Source: a virus. From it: a stretch of 64,000 nucleotides of DNA. Within the stretch, counting starts at the first letter, position 1. Each line of letters starts with the position of its first letter. The notes under the pieces were generated by a model. The model ran no database searches, was not told the DNA's origin, and saw nothing but the letters and a program-made list of their open reading frames with translations. The stretch spans positions 32,001 through 96,000 of IMG/VR virus record IMGVR_UViG_3300049595_001870; one strand, 5' to 3'. A program made the translations under genes and the position numbers. This document shows, one piece after another, positions 8,320-17,941 of this stretch.

Positions 8320-10004
8320 GGCAATCTCCTGCTGGGCCCGAGGTTGATGTGGGGGTCGGTGGACTCCCGCTGACGGCGCTTGCGCTCCGACAGCCACTTC
8401 ACCCACCAAGGATCGGGACCGTAAGTCCGCGGTGGGGCGTGGTACTTGGGTTCGTAGGCACAGAGGTACTCAAGCGACTGACAAGCGTGGACCTCGCCTC
8501 GGGTCTGCGGCTGGTCGGTGACGAACACCTGCCCGTTGACCGTCGTTGTCTTCTTGCGATACCGCTTCAGCTCCCGCAGCAGGTTGGGGCAGGAGCCCTC
8601 CAGAATCTTGAGCCGGGTTGTCCCGTCGCCTTGGATGTGCAGGAGCTGCCGGACGATGGCCGTTCTGGCGGGGATGTCATCGGAGCCAGGAATGAATCCG
8701 TGCCCGCCGATGGTGAAGCGGATCTTCCGCTTCTTCAGTTCTTCCGAATACAGCTCATGCGGCAGTCGGCCCGAGCCCAGGTCGCGGAGGAGGCCGCCGT
8801 GCATATCCATGATCGCTGCGTGGATGTGCTGCTCGCGGACCTTCTCATAGAACTGCTCGCCCCAGATCAGCGCGTTGCAGTTCCGGATGTACAGTTCGTC
8901 GTAGATCAGCATGAACCGCTCATGCGGTGGCACGGCGGCGAAGATGGTGGCCATGACTGCGTGGCCCGGGTCAATCGCCACGTACCGTGTCCAGTCCGGC
9001 GGGATGATCCCGTCCTTTAGCTCCGCCCGCGGCAGGATATGCACGCTGCGATTGAACGTCGGGTACATGAGCGTGGATTCGGTGGTGAACTCACCCTCGG
9101 CACGCATTCGGACCTCGTCGGCCCCCAGCGCACTCCACCGCTCTATGTTCTTTCGCTTTTCTTCCGAATCGATAAAAGCGTTATCCAAAAACCGGAACGT
9201 GAACTTCTTGATGATTGGAAGTTCTTGCCCCTCCTCCACTGCGCGGTCGGCCCGCTCGCATAGACCCAAGAGCGCATCATTCCGGCTCCACGGCATGGCC
9301 GACCACACAAAACGGCCCTTGCGATCTGCGAGCCGCGCTTGAGACTCACCGACGAAAGCCTCATTCGTTACGTCCTCGTCAATCCAAATAAGGTCGGCCT
9401 GATAGCCTTGCGGAGGCTCTCCCTCCGACGAGAAGCACCAGATCGTCCAGCCGTTGGTGAGTTCCAGCTTGTTGAGATACCCAGCGTTCTTCAGCACCCA
9501 AGACACATCCTTCACCAGCCGCGGCGGGATCAGCGGAGGCGCGGGCTTGCTCTTGCTCTTGTCATCGCCCTGGCGGATCGATCTCCATTGGCCAGTCTTC
9601 TCGTCCTTGATGATCCGAAACGCCCCGGCTTTTAGGAGGATGGGATAAATTACCAATCCAATGTGGGGCCAGTTCCGGCCGATGATGGCGAGGTTGCCGC
9701 CTTCCTTTGGGTACTTGCCGTAGGGATCCTGGCCCGTAGCCGCGCGGGCGGCTTCCACTGCAACCGCCAGCGTCTTGCCGCCGCGGTTACCCCCCAGAAC
9801 GATGCGCTCCGACGCCGTGCAGCGATGGAACTCGTCCTGGTGAGGCATGGGCTCATACAGCCGCAGGGCCTCCAGCCGCCGCTCCGTGAGAGCGACCTGA
9901 ACGTCCTTGAGCTGGCCGAGCTGGTGCTGGGTCATATCCCCCAGCGGCTCGTCAGGAGTTTGGGGCGGCTGAATTTGGCGGGGGTGTTTCTTCATATTCG
10001 CCAC
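8316..10004 (-). CDS. terL: Terminase large subunit
   Basis: Walker A GGNRGGKT, Walker B LIWIDED, RuvC-type nuclease motif VAIDPGH. Confidence 0.9.
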   Translation of the reverse strand: MANMKKHPRQIQPPQTPDEPLGDMTQHQLGQLKDVQVALTERRLEALRLYEPMPHQDEFHRCTASERIVLGGNRGGKTLAVAVEAARAATGQDPYGKYPKEGGNLAIIGRNWPHIGLVIYPILLKAGAFRIIKDEKTGQWRSIRQGDDKSKSKPAPPLIPPRLVKDVSWVLKNAGYLNKLELTNGWTIWCFSSEGEPPQGYQADLIWIDEDVTNEAFVGESQARLADRKGRFVWSAMPWSRNDALLGLCERADRAVEEGQELPIIKKFTFRFLDNAFIDSEEKRKNIERWSALGADEVRMRAEGEFTTESTLMYPTFNRSVHILPRAELKDGIIPPDWTRYVAIDPGHAVMATIFAAVPPHERFMLIYDELYIRNCNALIWGEQFYEKVREQHIHAAIMDMHGGLLRDLGSGRLPHELYSEELKKRKIRFTIGGHGFIPGSDDIPARTAIVRQLLHIQGDGTTRLKILEGSCPNLLRELKRYRKKTTTVNGQVFVTDQPQTRGEVHACQSLEYLCAYEPKYHAPPRTYGPDPWWVKWLSERKRRQRESTDPHINLGPSRRLP

Positions 10005-10137
10005 AGAAATCAGTGGGCATCGTCTCGGGGGAGCGATCCCAACCCCTCTGCCCGAGGAGCGTCGGCGGATACCGGTGACACTCCCCCTGCATCTCTTCCT
10101 CCACTGGAATCCACCAGCGGCAATCCTCGCACTTCAT
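9952..10137 (-). CDS. Small Cys-motif protein overlapping both neighbouring genes
   Basis: 61 aa; C..C.WW...GECHRYPP...FCGE pattern. Confidence 0.5.
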   Translation of the reverse strand: MKCEDCRWWIPVEEEMQGECHRYPPTLLGQRGWDRSPETMPTDFCGEYEETPPPNSAAPNS

Positions 10138-10636
10138 CTACGACCTCAATGTGTTTCATCTGCATGGCCGCTTCGATCACCTGCCGCCGCAGCTCGGCTT
10201 CCAACTCTTCCTCAGTCATCAGCTCCAAGGGCTTCTTGGCTCCGCCCATGGCCGTGTTGTCCTTCACTAGCCGGACCACGGTGTCCAGCATCTTGGTCCT
10301 GAACGCACCGCCGACCGGCGCATCGTAGAACTGCTTCATAAAGAGATTGGCGAACCCGCGGGTGCCGCCGAAATACTCCATCAGAACTTCTAGGAGTTCC
10401 GAGGAGTGCGGGATGGTCGCTCCACCCACGCGGGCCGCGGCAACGAAGTGCTTGACGGCGCCCTTCTCAATCTCGTCTAGCTTCTTGTTCCGCTTCCCCT
10501 TGCGGTCACCCCGGATCTTCTTGTTCCGGCACTTGCGACAGCGGGCGTGGAATCCATCCTTGGACTTGTGGAAGTGAGCCGTGGTGGCGGGCCACGCTAG
10601 CCCGCACTCTATGCAGACTTTCTCAGGCTCCGACAC
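10010..10636 (-). CDS. Zn-finger protein, candidate terminase small subunit
   Basis: N-terminal CIEC...CRKC; immediately upstream of terL; role inferred from position. Confidence 0.4.
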   Translation of the reverse strand: MSEPEKVCIECGLAWPATTAHFHKSKDGFHARCRKCRNKKIRGDRKGKRNKKLDEIEKGAVKHFVAAARVGGATIPHSSELLEVLMEYFGGTRGFANLFMKQFYDAPVGGAFRTKMLDTVVRLVKDNTAMGGAKKPLELMTEEELEAELRRQVIEAAMQMKHIEVVDEVRGLPLVDSSGGRDAGGVSPVSADAPRAEGLGSLPRDDAH

Positions 10637-12023
10637 TCGTCATCCACACGTTGCCTTCGACATGCGGGGTAATCCCGCAGTCCTTCACAGCCCGCTGAAC
10701 GTCGGGGAAGGAATGGTAATCATGGCCCGCCAAGATGTGCTTGGCCTTGGGCTTCCACGCTTCGATGTCAGCCTTCACGGATTCGTAGTCATGCTCGGCA
10801 TCGATGTAGACGATGTCGAACTCACCGTCCTTGAACCGCTCGGCGGCTTCCGGCGAACGGGCACAGCATGCCTGGATCGGAAGCCCCTGCGTGTTGCGGA
10901 GGAACACTTGGATGGGCGTGCCGCGGGAACCGTCGTATGCCTTGCACCCTTCGTCGTTCCCAGAGCCTTCCCACGTATCGATGCAGAGGACTTCCTTGGC
11001 CCCGGCCTTGGCCATGATTACGGCCGACTTGCCAGCCCAGGAGCCCACCTCGCACACCACCGGGGGGCGGCCGTGCGACTGCGTGAACTGCGTCACCATC
11101 GCCACCAGTGCGTTTGCGTCCCGGCCCGGAAGGTCCATGCCCATGCTGTCAAACGCGGGCTGGGCGGGAAGTTTCACGGAGGACTTGAACTCCACCAGCT
11201 TGGTGCCGGGTTCGACCTTGGCCTCCCAGCAGTCCTTCAGCTTGTGCGAGATGCCTTCGGCGGCGATCACCTGCGGCTTGCCGACGCACTTCGGCTTCCA
11301 GTGACCAGCCCACGCATCCCAGTTGCAGAAGACCGGGTTGTAGCCCAGCGTCTGGGAGCCGACCAAGGACAGGTCACGGGTCATGGTCACATCTTCGGTG
11401 GACGCCTTCTCGGCAGCGAAGCGGTCCTTCCACTCATAGTAGAACCAGGGCTTGTCGCCTTCCTTCTTCGGCTCCGTGAGATCGAAGGCCCGCATGTCGT
11501 ACATGATCAGGCCAGTCGGCAGGGCGGCACATTCCTGGATGCCCGCCATCTTTACGGCCGTGTGGCGGTCGTACATCTCCAACTGGAAGTCGGGGTTGGG
11601 GTTCTCAGAGGCCATGTTCTGCCAACGGAACACGTAGACGCACTCCACGGGCGGCGGCCCGCAGTACGGGGCACCGATCACCACCGGGCCCTTGTGGTAG
11701 TGGTTGACCAGGAAGTCGAAGGAGGTCTGGAAGAACGGCTTGGCGTCCGCATGGCCTGCGTATAGGTCAGGCTTCATGTCCGAATCGACCATCACCAGAA
11801 CATCAATATCGTTCTGGCGGGCCTGCATCACGGCCCGGTTGCGGGTCATGGTGATTGGCGTGTCCGCCAGGTTCCAGACACGCACCGCGTTAACGCGGGG
11901 ATCCTTGGAGATGTCCGCTACCAGCGGCACCATCCACTCACGGATGTCGGGCACCTCAGAGGAGATGCCGCCGTTGCCGCCGTACGAAAACGTAACGATG
12001 CCGATGTTGAACTTCTGCTGCAT
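10623..12023 (-). CDS. Glycosyltransferase (GT-A-like) fused to class I SAM methyltransferase
   Basis: N-half VMVDSDM DxD motif and late SEDxxxxR-like motif; C-half VCEVGSWAGKS, IDTWEGS and DIVYIDAEHDYESVKADI (Methyltransf_24-like). Confidence 0.7.
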   Translation of the reverse strand: MQQKFNIGIVTFSYGGNGGISSEVPDIREWMVPLVADISKDPRVNAVRVWNLADTPITMTRNRAVMQARQNDIDVLVMVDSDMKPDLYAGHADAKPFFQTSFDFLVNHYHKGPVVIGAPYCGPPPVECVYVFRWQNMASENPNPDFQLEMYDRHTAVKMAGIQECAALPTGLIMYDMRAFDLTEPKKEGDKPWFYYEWKDRFAAEKASTEDVTMTRDLSLVGSQTLGYNPVFCNWDAWAGHWKPKCVGKPQVIAAEGISHKLKDCWEAKVEPGTKLVEFKSSVKLPAQPAFDSMGMDLPGRDANALVAMVTQFTQSHGRPPVVCEVGSWAGKSAVIMAKAGAKEVLCIDTWEGSGNDEGCKAYDGSRGTPIQVFLRNTQGLPIQACCARSPEAAERFKDGEFDIVYIDAEHDYESVKADIEAWKPKAKHILAGHDYHSFPDVQRAVKDCGITPHVEGNVWMTSVGA

Positions 12024-12075
12024 GTGTCACCTCGGGGGGTAGGTAGACAAATATACACATAAGGCGGCCAAGCCG

Positions 12076-13875
12076 CTACCGCATCCAGATTTCATACGCA
12101 CGGCGATTCGCATCGCTGCCGTAGATGGCGTTGCGCTTGGCGACGGGCTGTTTCATGTACTCACGCCTCTGGGCGTTTTGCTTGGCCTGCCACTCCCGCC
12201 GCGCACCTTCGTAGTCATACGAGCCGTCTTCACGGCGGAAGTCGTCCATGCTCTTGGCTTGAGGCGGCTTGGCGGCGTTGGCGGCCCGCATCTCCGCCGA
12301 ACGCTTCATCTGATCCTGCCGGACCACATCGCTGTATGCCTGCTTGGCGGCGTTATCCCGCGGGTTCTCTTGCATGCGGGCTCCGGCAGCCATTACGTTT
12401 CGGTTGTCTTGGTGCTGCCTTAACGCCCAGTCAGCGCGCTCCCAAATGTCGGGCCGCTTCGGATGCGCGGCCCTTACCTCCCGCGACTTCGCAAGCAGCT
12501 CGTCCTTGCGGGTTTCCCACCAAGAATCGAAGTTGTCGGCGTTGCCCCACGGAGCAGCACCTGACCGCGGGGGAGTTCCTTGCGATTGCGGCGGGATCGG
12601 CTGGGCAGTGCCGGGCGAGACGGGGCCCGGATAATCTTCAGCCCCGCGGAGAACCGGAGCGGGCTCAGATGTCCGCTGCCGGCCGGAAGGCCTGCCTGGC
12701 CCCGTCTGGTCACGGTCATCCACCCTGTCGCCGTCACGGTCCCGGAAATCCCCAGTAAAAATGCGGTCAGGGTTCGCCAGTCTGTCGCCGTAACCTGTGG
12801 AGCCGCCCTGCTGCGGTGCGGTAGGCGTGTGCCCCCACCCGCCGCCCGGCTGGGCGTAGGTCACGGATGGCTGAATGCCGGCACGGCGAGCGCTACCTGG
12901 CTGGCCTGCCATCGGCGGCTGCGAGTCCAGAATGGCCCCAGGAGGCAGGCCGTTCATTAGGCCTTGCTGGCCAATGGCCTCCGGCCGGATGTCGCCGGCC
13001 ATCAGGTTGCGGATCTGGTTCTCAGATCCTCCGCCCGACGCAGCAAACGGATTCCTGAAGCCCTGCTGCGCCATTTGCCCAGCCTGTCCCCACATCTGCG
13101 GGAAGTTGAACTGCGGCGCCCCCATGCCAGGCTGCTGCCAGCTCTGGCCCTGCATCTGACCTAACTGGTTGTTGATCTGGCTGATGAAGGCGTCCCGCTG
13201 CTGGAAGTTGGGCATCTGGGACTGGGTGCCGTCGAAGTTCTGCGTGGTCGCCTGGAACGGTGGCGGGCGGTTGGCGTAGGGATTGTTGGCGACGTTGGGG
13301 TCAATCTGCCCCGGCGCAAACCTTGGCCTGCCGTCTCCTGCGTAGTGAACCAAGCCAGCGTTGGGGTCAATCAGTCCCGGCGTCAATAGCACACCTCCGC
13401 CGCCGCCACCTGCTGGAAGCCCGGGCTGGGACGGGCCAGGAGATGCAGCGGCTGGCTGGCGATAGCGCGGGTCGCGGAAGTCCACGCCAGCGTCGGATGG
13501 CGTAGGCACCTCGTACTGCTTCGGCGGCGCTGGCTGCTGCGGACGCTGAACGCCGTACGGAGAGCCCTGTGTCATGTACTGCTGGAAGGGCTGCTGCCGG
13601 GTCTGCTGCTGATTGGTGCCGCCCTGGTTCCACTGCGGCCCCATGGCCTGAGGCTTGCCGCCGTACGGAGTGGAGGAGCCGTAGGGATTCTGCTGGGGCT
13701 GCGCCTGACCAGGAGCGTAGGCGGAGAAGTTGCCGCCCTGCTGTTGAGCCCGCTGGCCGCGCATTCTGGGATCCCCTGCGATAGGCGTGCCATCGGCGGC
13801 AAAGCCAGCGCCGTCATAGCGATTGGTTATCCCTCCTGGAGAGCCAGTGCCAGGCTTGGGTGGGGTGGGAATCAT
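12076..13875 (-). CDS. Q/P/G-rich low-complexity protein
   Basis: 599-aa open frame, compositionally biased, no recognisable domain. Confidence 0.55.
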   Translation of the reverse strand: MIPTPPKPGTGSPGGITNRYDGAGFAADGTPIAGDPRMRGQRAQQQGGNFSAYAPGQAQPQQNPYGSSTPYGGKPQAMGPQWNQGGTNQQQTRQQPFQQYMTQGSPYGVQRPQQPAPPKQYEVPTPSDAGVDFRDPRYRQPAAASPGPSQPGLPAGGGGGGVLLTPGLIDPNAGLVHYAGDGRPRFAPGQIDPNVANNPYANRPPPFQATTQNFDGTQSQMPNFQQRDAFISQINNQLGQMQGQSWQQPGMGAPQFNFPQMWGQAGQMAQQGFRNPFAASGGGSENQIRNLMAGDIRPEAIGQQGLMNGLPPGAILDSQPPMAGQPGSARRAGIQPSVTYAQPGGGWGHTPTAPQQGGSTGYGDRLANPDRIFTGDFRDRDGDRVDDRDQTGPGRPSGRQRTSEPAPVLRGAEDYPGPVSPGTAQPIPPQSQGTPPRSGAAPWGNADNFDSWWETRKDELLAKSREVRAAHPKRPDIWERADWALRQHQDNRNVMAAGARMQENPRDNAAKQAYSDVVRQDQMKRSAEMRAANAAKPPQAKSMDDFRREDGSYDYEGARREWQAKQNAQRREYMKQPVAKRNAIYGSDANRRAYEIWMR

Positions 13876-14052
13876 CTAGCGGTCCTCCTGCGGCTCAGTG
13901 GTCATCGGCGCGCCCTGATACTGCACCATCCGGAGTCGCTGCATGTCCTCATACGGCACATCAGCCCGCGCCTCTGCGATCAGTTGACGCAGGAAGTCCA
14001 GGTTCTGGATGGCCGCTTGGTCATTCATCAGCGCGTAGATCAGGTCGTTCAT
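13876..14052 (-). CDS. Hypothetical 58-aa protein
   Basis: Manual translation MNDLIYALMNDQAAIQNLDFLRQLIAEARADV...; fills gap and abuts next ATG. Confidence 0.45.
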   Translation of the reverse strand: MNDLIYALMNDQAAIQNLDFLRQLIAEARADVPYEDMQRLRMVQYQGAPMTTEPQEDR

Positions 14053-14056
14053 ATGT

Positions 14057-14092
14057 GGAAACAGCCGGGGGAGGTTTCCCTCCGTCCGGCTG
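14057..14092 (-). terminator. Probable intrinsic terminator after the capsid genes
   Basis: Minus strand CAGCCGG...GGAGGGAAACCTCC..CCGGCTG followed by TTT. Confidence 0.5.
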
Positions 14093-14118
14093 CCCCCCGA
14101 ACCCCCGAAGGGGAAGAC

Positions 14119-14673
14119 TCAACTGCGGACCAGATTGACAATGGCAAGGACGTTCTGACCGGTCGTACCAGCCGACAGAGCCCGGCCGATGTAGCCGTTC
14201 TGAAGGAACGTGGCAGCGCCCGTCTGAGCCTGACCCGCCGTAGTGGACACCGTGCTGGTCGCCGCCGTGAGAGCCACCAGAACGGTGTTCACGGCCGCTT
14301 CCTGCGCCGGGCCGAGCTTGACCTCGGTCGGGCCGTCAATCGTAATCCAGAACACATCGTTGGCAGCCACACCCGCGGCAGGCAGATGCTCGTCCACCAC
14401 GCCAGCCGACGCTTGGTCGGTGACGTTGGTGTAGCCATCAACCTCCGTGATCGAACCGCTCTTGAACGTGACCACCCGCTTCGGCAGCAGGGCCACGCCC
14501 GAGGTGTTCCGCACGGCGATGCACTTCTTCACCCGGTTGCTGCGGATCTTGCCGGTGGCCGGATTCACATCCGGAAACACCTTGACCGCACCAACCCATC
14601 CACCGCCATCCGAAGCGGACGAGACGCCAAGCGTCTGACCAAGAGCGAACGGCGGATCAACGTACAGACTCAT
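14119..14673 (-). CDS. Putative capsid decoration/cement protein
   Basis: 184 aa, small-residue rich, directly after major capsid gene. Confidence 0.5.
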   Translation of the reverse strand: MSLYVDPPFALGQTLGVSSASDGGGWVGAVKVFPDVNPATGKIRSNRVKKCIAVRNTSGVALLPKRVVTFKSGSITEVDGYTNVTDQASAGVVDEHLPAAGVAANDVFWITIDGPTEVKLGPAQEAAVNTVLVALTAATSTVSTTAGQAQTGAATFLQNGYIGRALSAGTTGQNVLAIVNLVRS

Positions 14674-14691
14674 CTTCTTTGTTCTCCTTGG

Positions 14692-15804
14692 TCAGACGAT
14701 CAGCTTGAAGAAGTTGCGCGGCGACTTGAACTTAAGGTTGCCGAGCGTCGAAACCACATACCGAAATTGCTGGGTCAGCTCGTCGTAGAACGGACCCTCG
14801 CTCACCATGAGCTGGGACTCCATGCAGAGCAACTCAATATTCCCGACCGCCAGCCCGTAGCCGGTGTTAGCCGGAACCGAATTTTCCGCCGACACCTCCA
14901 CTCCGTCCAGCTCAAATACATCCGTGAAGCCGTAGCTCCGCAGACCGTTCTGGCGGCTGACAATCACACGCTCCTTGGTATCAAGCGTGTTCAGGAAGTC
15001 GATGAACAGCCGGCGGTCCAGAAGGACCATGTCCACCTGATCTTCCTTGGTGTCGTTGCGGCGGGTCTGGTGAAGCGCCTCGCGGACAGCCTTCACGCAG
15101 TTGTCCTTCCAGGTGCTGGCACCGAAGTAGGACGAATCCGCGTTGACGATAACCGGCGAGAAGAAGTCGAACTCCGGATCGCTGACGCCGTTGGGCCAGA
15201 AGCCCGTGGTCGTCGCACTGCCACCGTACGCACCGAGGACGGTCGAAAGACCGGCATAGGTGTCGTTGGGGGCGAAGAACGGGTCAGCCGCGTTGGACGA
15301 GCGCGGGCTGTAGCCCGTGGCAGTCGAATCAATCGTCTGGGTCGCACCCATGAACGATTCGATGCCGTGGAACCGCAGCTCATTGCCCGACGCATAACCG
15401 TCCTGCACCCACTCCTTGGCGAGGTACTGCTCCATCGAAGTGAGCAGACGGCTCGCCATCTTGCCAGCGACCTGGACCAGAGCCTGGGCCGAACGGTTCT
15501 CAAGCATTTCACGCTTGTAGATCGCGTCGGTGACCTGCGCTCCCCGGTACTCCAACTCCAATTTCTTCCAGAGATTCTCGCGTGCGAAGCTGCGAGGAGT
15601 CTCACCATTGTTACCACTGGGATTGTGGTTCCGGTACTGGATTTCCCAGTCGAAACCACGGCCACTCATGTTGGTCCGGATCTGCCCGGCACCTTCCAGA
15701 GCGGCGAAAAACTTATACTTACGAAGCGATGCAATTTCCTCTTCCCGGAGGTGATTTACAATCGTCGTAGCAATTGAACGAGCCCAGTCAACACTACTGC
15801 TCAT
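14692..15804 (-). CDS. Major capsid protein
   Basis: 370 aa after scaffold-like gene; DGYASGNELRFHGIESF and GFTDVFELDG fit HK97-fold podoviral capsid proteins. Confidence 0.8.
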   Translation of the reverse strand: MSSSVDWARSIATTIVNHLREEEIASLRKYKFFAALEGAGQIRTNMSGRGFDWEIQYRNHNPSGNNGETPRSFARENLWKKLELEYRGAQVTDAIYKREMLENRSAQALVQVAGKMASRLLTSMEQYLAKEWVQDGYASGNELRFHGIESFMGATQTIDSTATGYSPRSSNAADPFFAPNDTYAGLSTVLGAYGGSATTTGFWPNGVSDPEFDFFSPVIVNADSSYFGASTWKDNCVKAVREALHQTRRNDTKEDQVDMVLLDRRLFIDFLNTLDTKERVIVSRQNGLRSYGFTDVFELDGVEVSAENSVPANTGYGLAVGNIELLCMESQLMVSEGPFYDELTQQFRYVVSTLGNLKFKSPRNFFKLIV

Positions 15805-16826
15805 CAGATGACTCCATCAGTTACGAGCTGGCTTTTCAGCCGGTCTTCAAAACTCATCCTCTGGCGCGGTGCCCGAGGCTCACTGGTTCCTGCACTCCGA
15901 TTCGGGGTACGGGTTGCACGCTCCCGAAGGAACTGCATGTTCTGTTGTGCCACTGGGTCAGCCGGGGGTGCCTGTGGCGCGGCAGGCTCGGCAAAACCCT
16001 GCGCCATGGCGGGCGGGGCAGATGACAACTGCTGGTAGCGGAGATTCAGAAGATCCCGTTGCAGCATCGAAGTGGCGTACTTCCAGCGGGCCTCGGGGTT
16101 GGAAATCCCGATCTCGGAAGCCTGCTGGATATACGCCTGAATGGCTTGGCCTTCACGGCTGATGTTTCCGGACTGGTCGTACAGCCAGTCGGAGTTCTGC
16201 TGCTCAAGCGACTGAACGTAGTTCTTCGCCGTGTACTGCCCGAGCTGGGCCTGAACAAGTTCCTCGGCCTTCTGCCGCGCCACATCCTCAATGAAGGGCT
16301 TCAGCGTGTTCTCGGGATCGGTGACGAACTTGCGGGCGAAGTCGGCGGTGTACGCCTGATACTTCTGGAGGGCGACCTTGGCCTCATAGGGAGCATCGGG
16401 GGCGATGATTTCCTTGCCCGTGGAAGGGTCGCGGATGATCCAGGACTTGTAGGAATCATCGACCGAGGGCGGGTTCCACCACTTCGGCTTCTCGGCGGGC
16501 TTGGGCGCCTGGGCCTGCGCCTGGGCGGCCTTCCACTGCTCATACGCCTGCTTGTTCTGGAGGTATTCCGTGGCGTGCGGAATGATGTTCTGGTACTGCT
16601 GGAGCTGCCGCTGGGCTTCGCCGTACCCGCTGTATGCCTGATACAGGTTGCGGGCGATGGCCAGATCGTCCTGGCCCTGGAAGTCCGGCAGCGCCTTGAA
16701 CGCGGAATAGGGCGTGTCGAAACCGCCGTACTCAGCCGGAGCGCTTTGCGGGGCCTCGGAGACAGGGGCTTCGGGAGCCTCTGATACCGGCGCGTCGTTC
16801 AGAACGTCTTCGTCAGCCATGGTCAT
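15804..16826 (-). CDS. Putative capsid scaffolding protein
   Basis: 340 aa, acidic/Pro N-terminus, Q/A-rich coiled coil, stop overlaps capsid ATG. Confidence 0.55.
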   Translation of the reverse strand: MTMADEDVLNDAPVSEAPEAPVSEAPQSAPAEYGGFDTPYSAFKALPDFQGQDDLAIARNLYQAYSGYGEAQRQLQQYQNIIPHATEYLQNKQAYEQWKAAQAQAQAPKPAEKPKWWNPPSVDDSYKSWIIRDPSTGKEIIAPDAPYEAKVALQKYQAYTADFARKFVTDPENTLKPFIEDVARQKAEELVQAQLGQYTAKNYVQSLEQQNSDWLYDQSGNISREGQAIQAYIQQASEIGISNPEARWKYATSMLQRDLLNLRYQQLSSAPPAMAQGFAEPAAPQAPPADPVAQQNMQFLRERATRTPNRSAGTSEPRAPRQRMSFEDRLKSQLVTDGVI

Positions 16827-16874
16827 CCTAGATCGGGGGTTGGGGGATCTAGAAGACCAATGTCTAGCAGGGGC

Positions 16875-17114
16875 CTAACTTGTTACGGGCGCCTCGTCGG
16901 CCACTTCAACGGGAGCCTCTGTCTCAACCCACACCCGGGCTCCGCAGGACAACGGGTGGTCTGGCTCATACCGGATCACGCAGGGGCCGTCGATTCGCAC
17001 CGAGTGGCCGTAGCGGTTCGACTTGTAGTTCTTGACCGTGATCACCGGCTCGCGCTCGCCGGTCTTTTGGTTCCGGCGGATAACGTGCTGGTTGATGTGG
17101 ATGATGTGCTTCAT
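16875..17114 (-). CDS. Conserved small phage protein
   Basis: 79 aa; IHINQHVIRRN...PLSCGARVWVET is a family I recognise from phage genomes. Confidence 0.55.
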   Translation of the reverse strand: MKHIIHINQHVIRRNQKTGEREPVITVKNYKSNRYGHSVRIDGPCVIRYEPDHPLSCGARVWVETEAPVEVADEAPVTS

Positions 17115-17941
17115 TGCTCGCCCTGCATGCCGCTGGCAGCCCCCGCGCCGATAGCACCGGGAACGGCGTACTTGCGGAGGATGCGGATGGAGTCTTCGGT
17201 GCCGGGGAACATGACGTAGTTAAGCGACCCAGTGCCGCGCTGTCGCGGGTCGAAGTCTGGGTATTTAATTCCCGGGATGCCGCTTAGAGACATTTCGTAG
17301 GCTGCTTGCAATGGCGACCGACTTCCAGCCTTTACGTTGTTCCACAGCCTTGCACCATCACCCGGCTCGTCCAGCATGCCTCGGTAGGAACCTCCTCGGC
17401 CTGCATACGCCTTCTTCACTGCTTCCGGCTGCAAAGACATGGGAGCCTCCCAGTCCAGCAAGTCTCTTTCTGGGTGCTGTATCTCCACTTCGTAAGAGTG
17501 GCCGGGGCGGCGTGGCAGCGGCTGGCGATAATCAACGCCGTATAGGTGCCCCATCACATCGCCCCATAGGTCGGCAGCATCTTCATTCGGAAGGCTCTTC
17601 GCCCTCGCCATAGCCCCTTCGGCGTAATCCATGGCATCCAGCAACGCTCGCTTGGGGTCGCCAGACATTTCGGCATGCCGACGCCAAAGCTCCAGTGCCT
17701 CTTCCTCTGGCGTGCGGTTCAAGGCAGACAGACTTCTGCGATATGTATCAGCAGTGCTTTCCGCGCCAGCGAAGTTGTATCCGTAGCCATAGCGGGCCGC
17801 CCCTTGCCCGGTGCCGATCTTGCTGGCATCAAACCTGTCAAAGTCATACGGGCTGCCGTGGTAGGCCCGGATGTACTTGGGCTGCTCGGCCTGCCCAGCG
17901 ATGGCTCGCAGTACGTCATCGACTGCTCCCGGTCCTGCCAT
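17111..17941 (-). CDS. Polyvalent-protein-type domain, possibly ADP-ribosyltransferase fold
   Basis: AYHGSPYDFDRFDASKIGTGQG...YGYGYNF and GIPGIKY...NYVMF resemble the domain common in large phage polyvalent proteins. Confidence 0.5.
   Translation of the reverse strand: MAGPGAVDDVLRAIAGQAEQPKYIRAYHGSPYDFDRFDASKIGTGQGAARYGYGYNFAGAESTADTYRRSLSALNRTPEEEALELWRRHAEMSGDPKRALLDAMDYAEGAMARAKSLPNEDAADLWGDVMGHLYGVDYRQPLPRRPGHSYEVEIQHPERDLLDWEAPMSLQPEAVKKAYAGRGGSYRGMLDEPGDGARLWNNVKAGSRSPLQAAYEMSLSGIPGIKYPDFDPRQRGTGSLNYVMFPGTEDSIRILRKYAVPGAIGAGAASGMQGEQ

Noticed and set aside
13744-15777. 677-aa plus-strand ORF and similar long antisense ORFs (5470..6501, 7432..8373, 10581..11765, 33969..35006, 44307..45296)
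   Set aside because: Shadows of real opposite-strand genes in GC-rich DNA; R/P/A-rich nonsense composition, no SD or motifs
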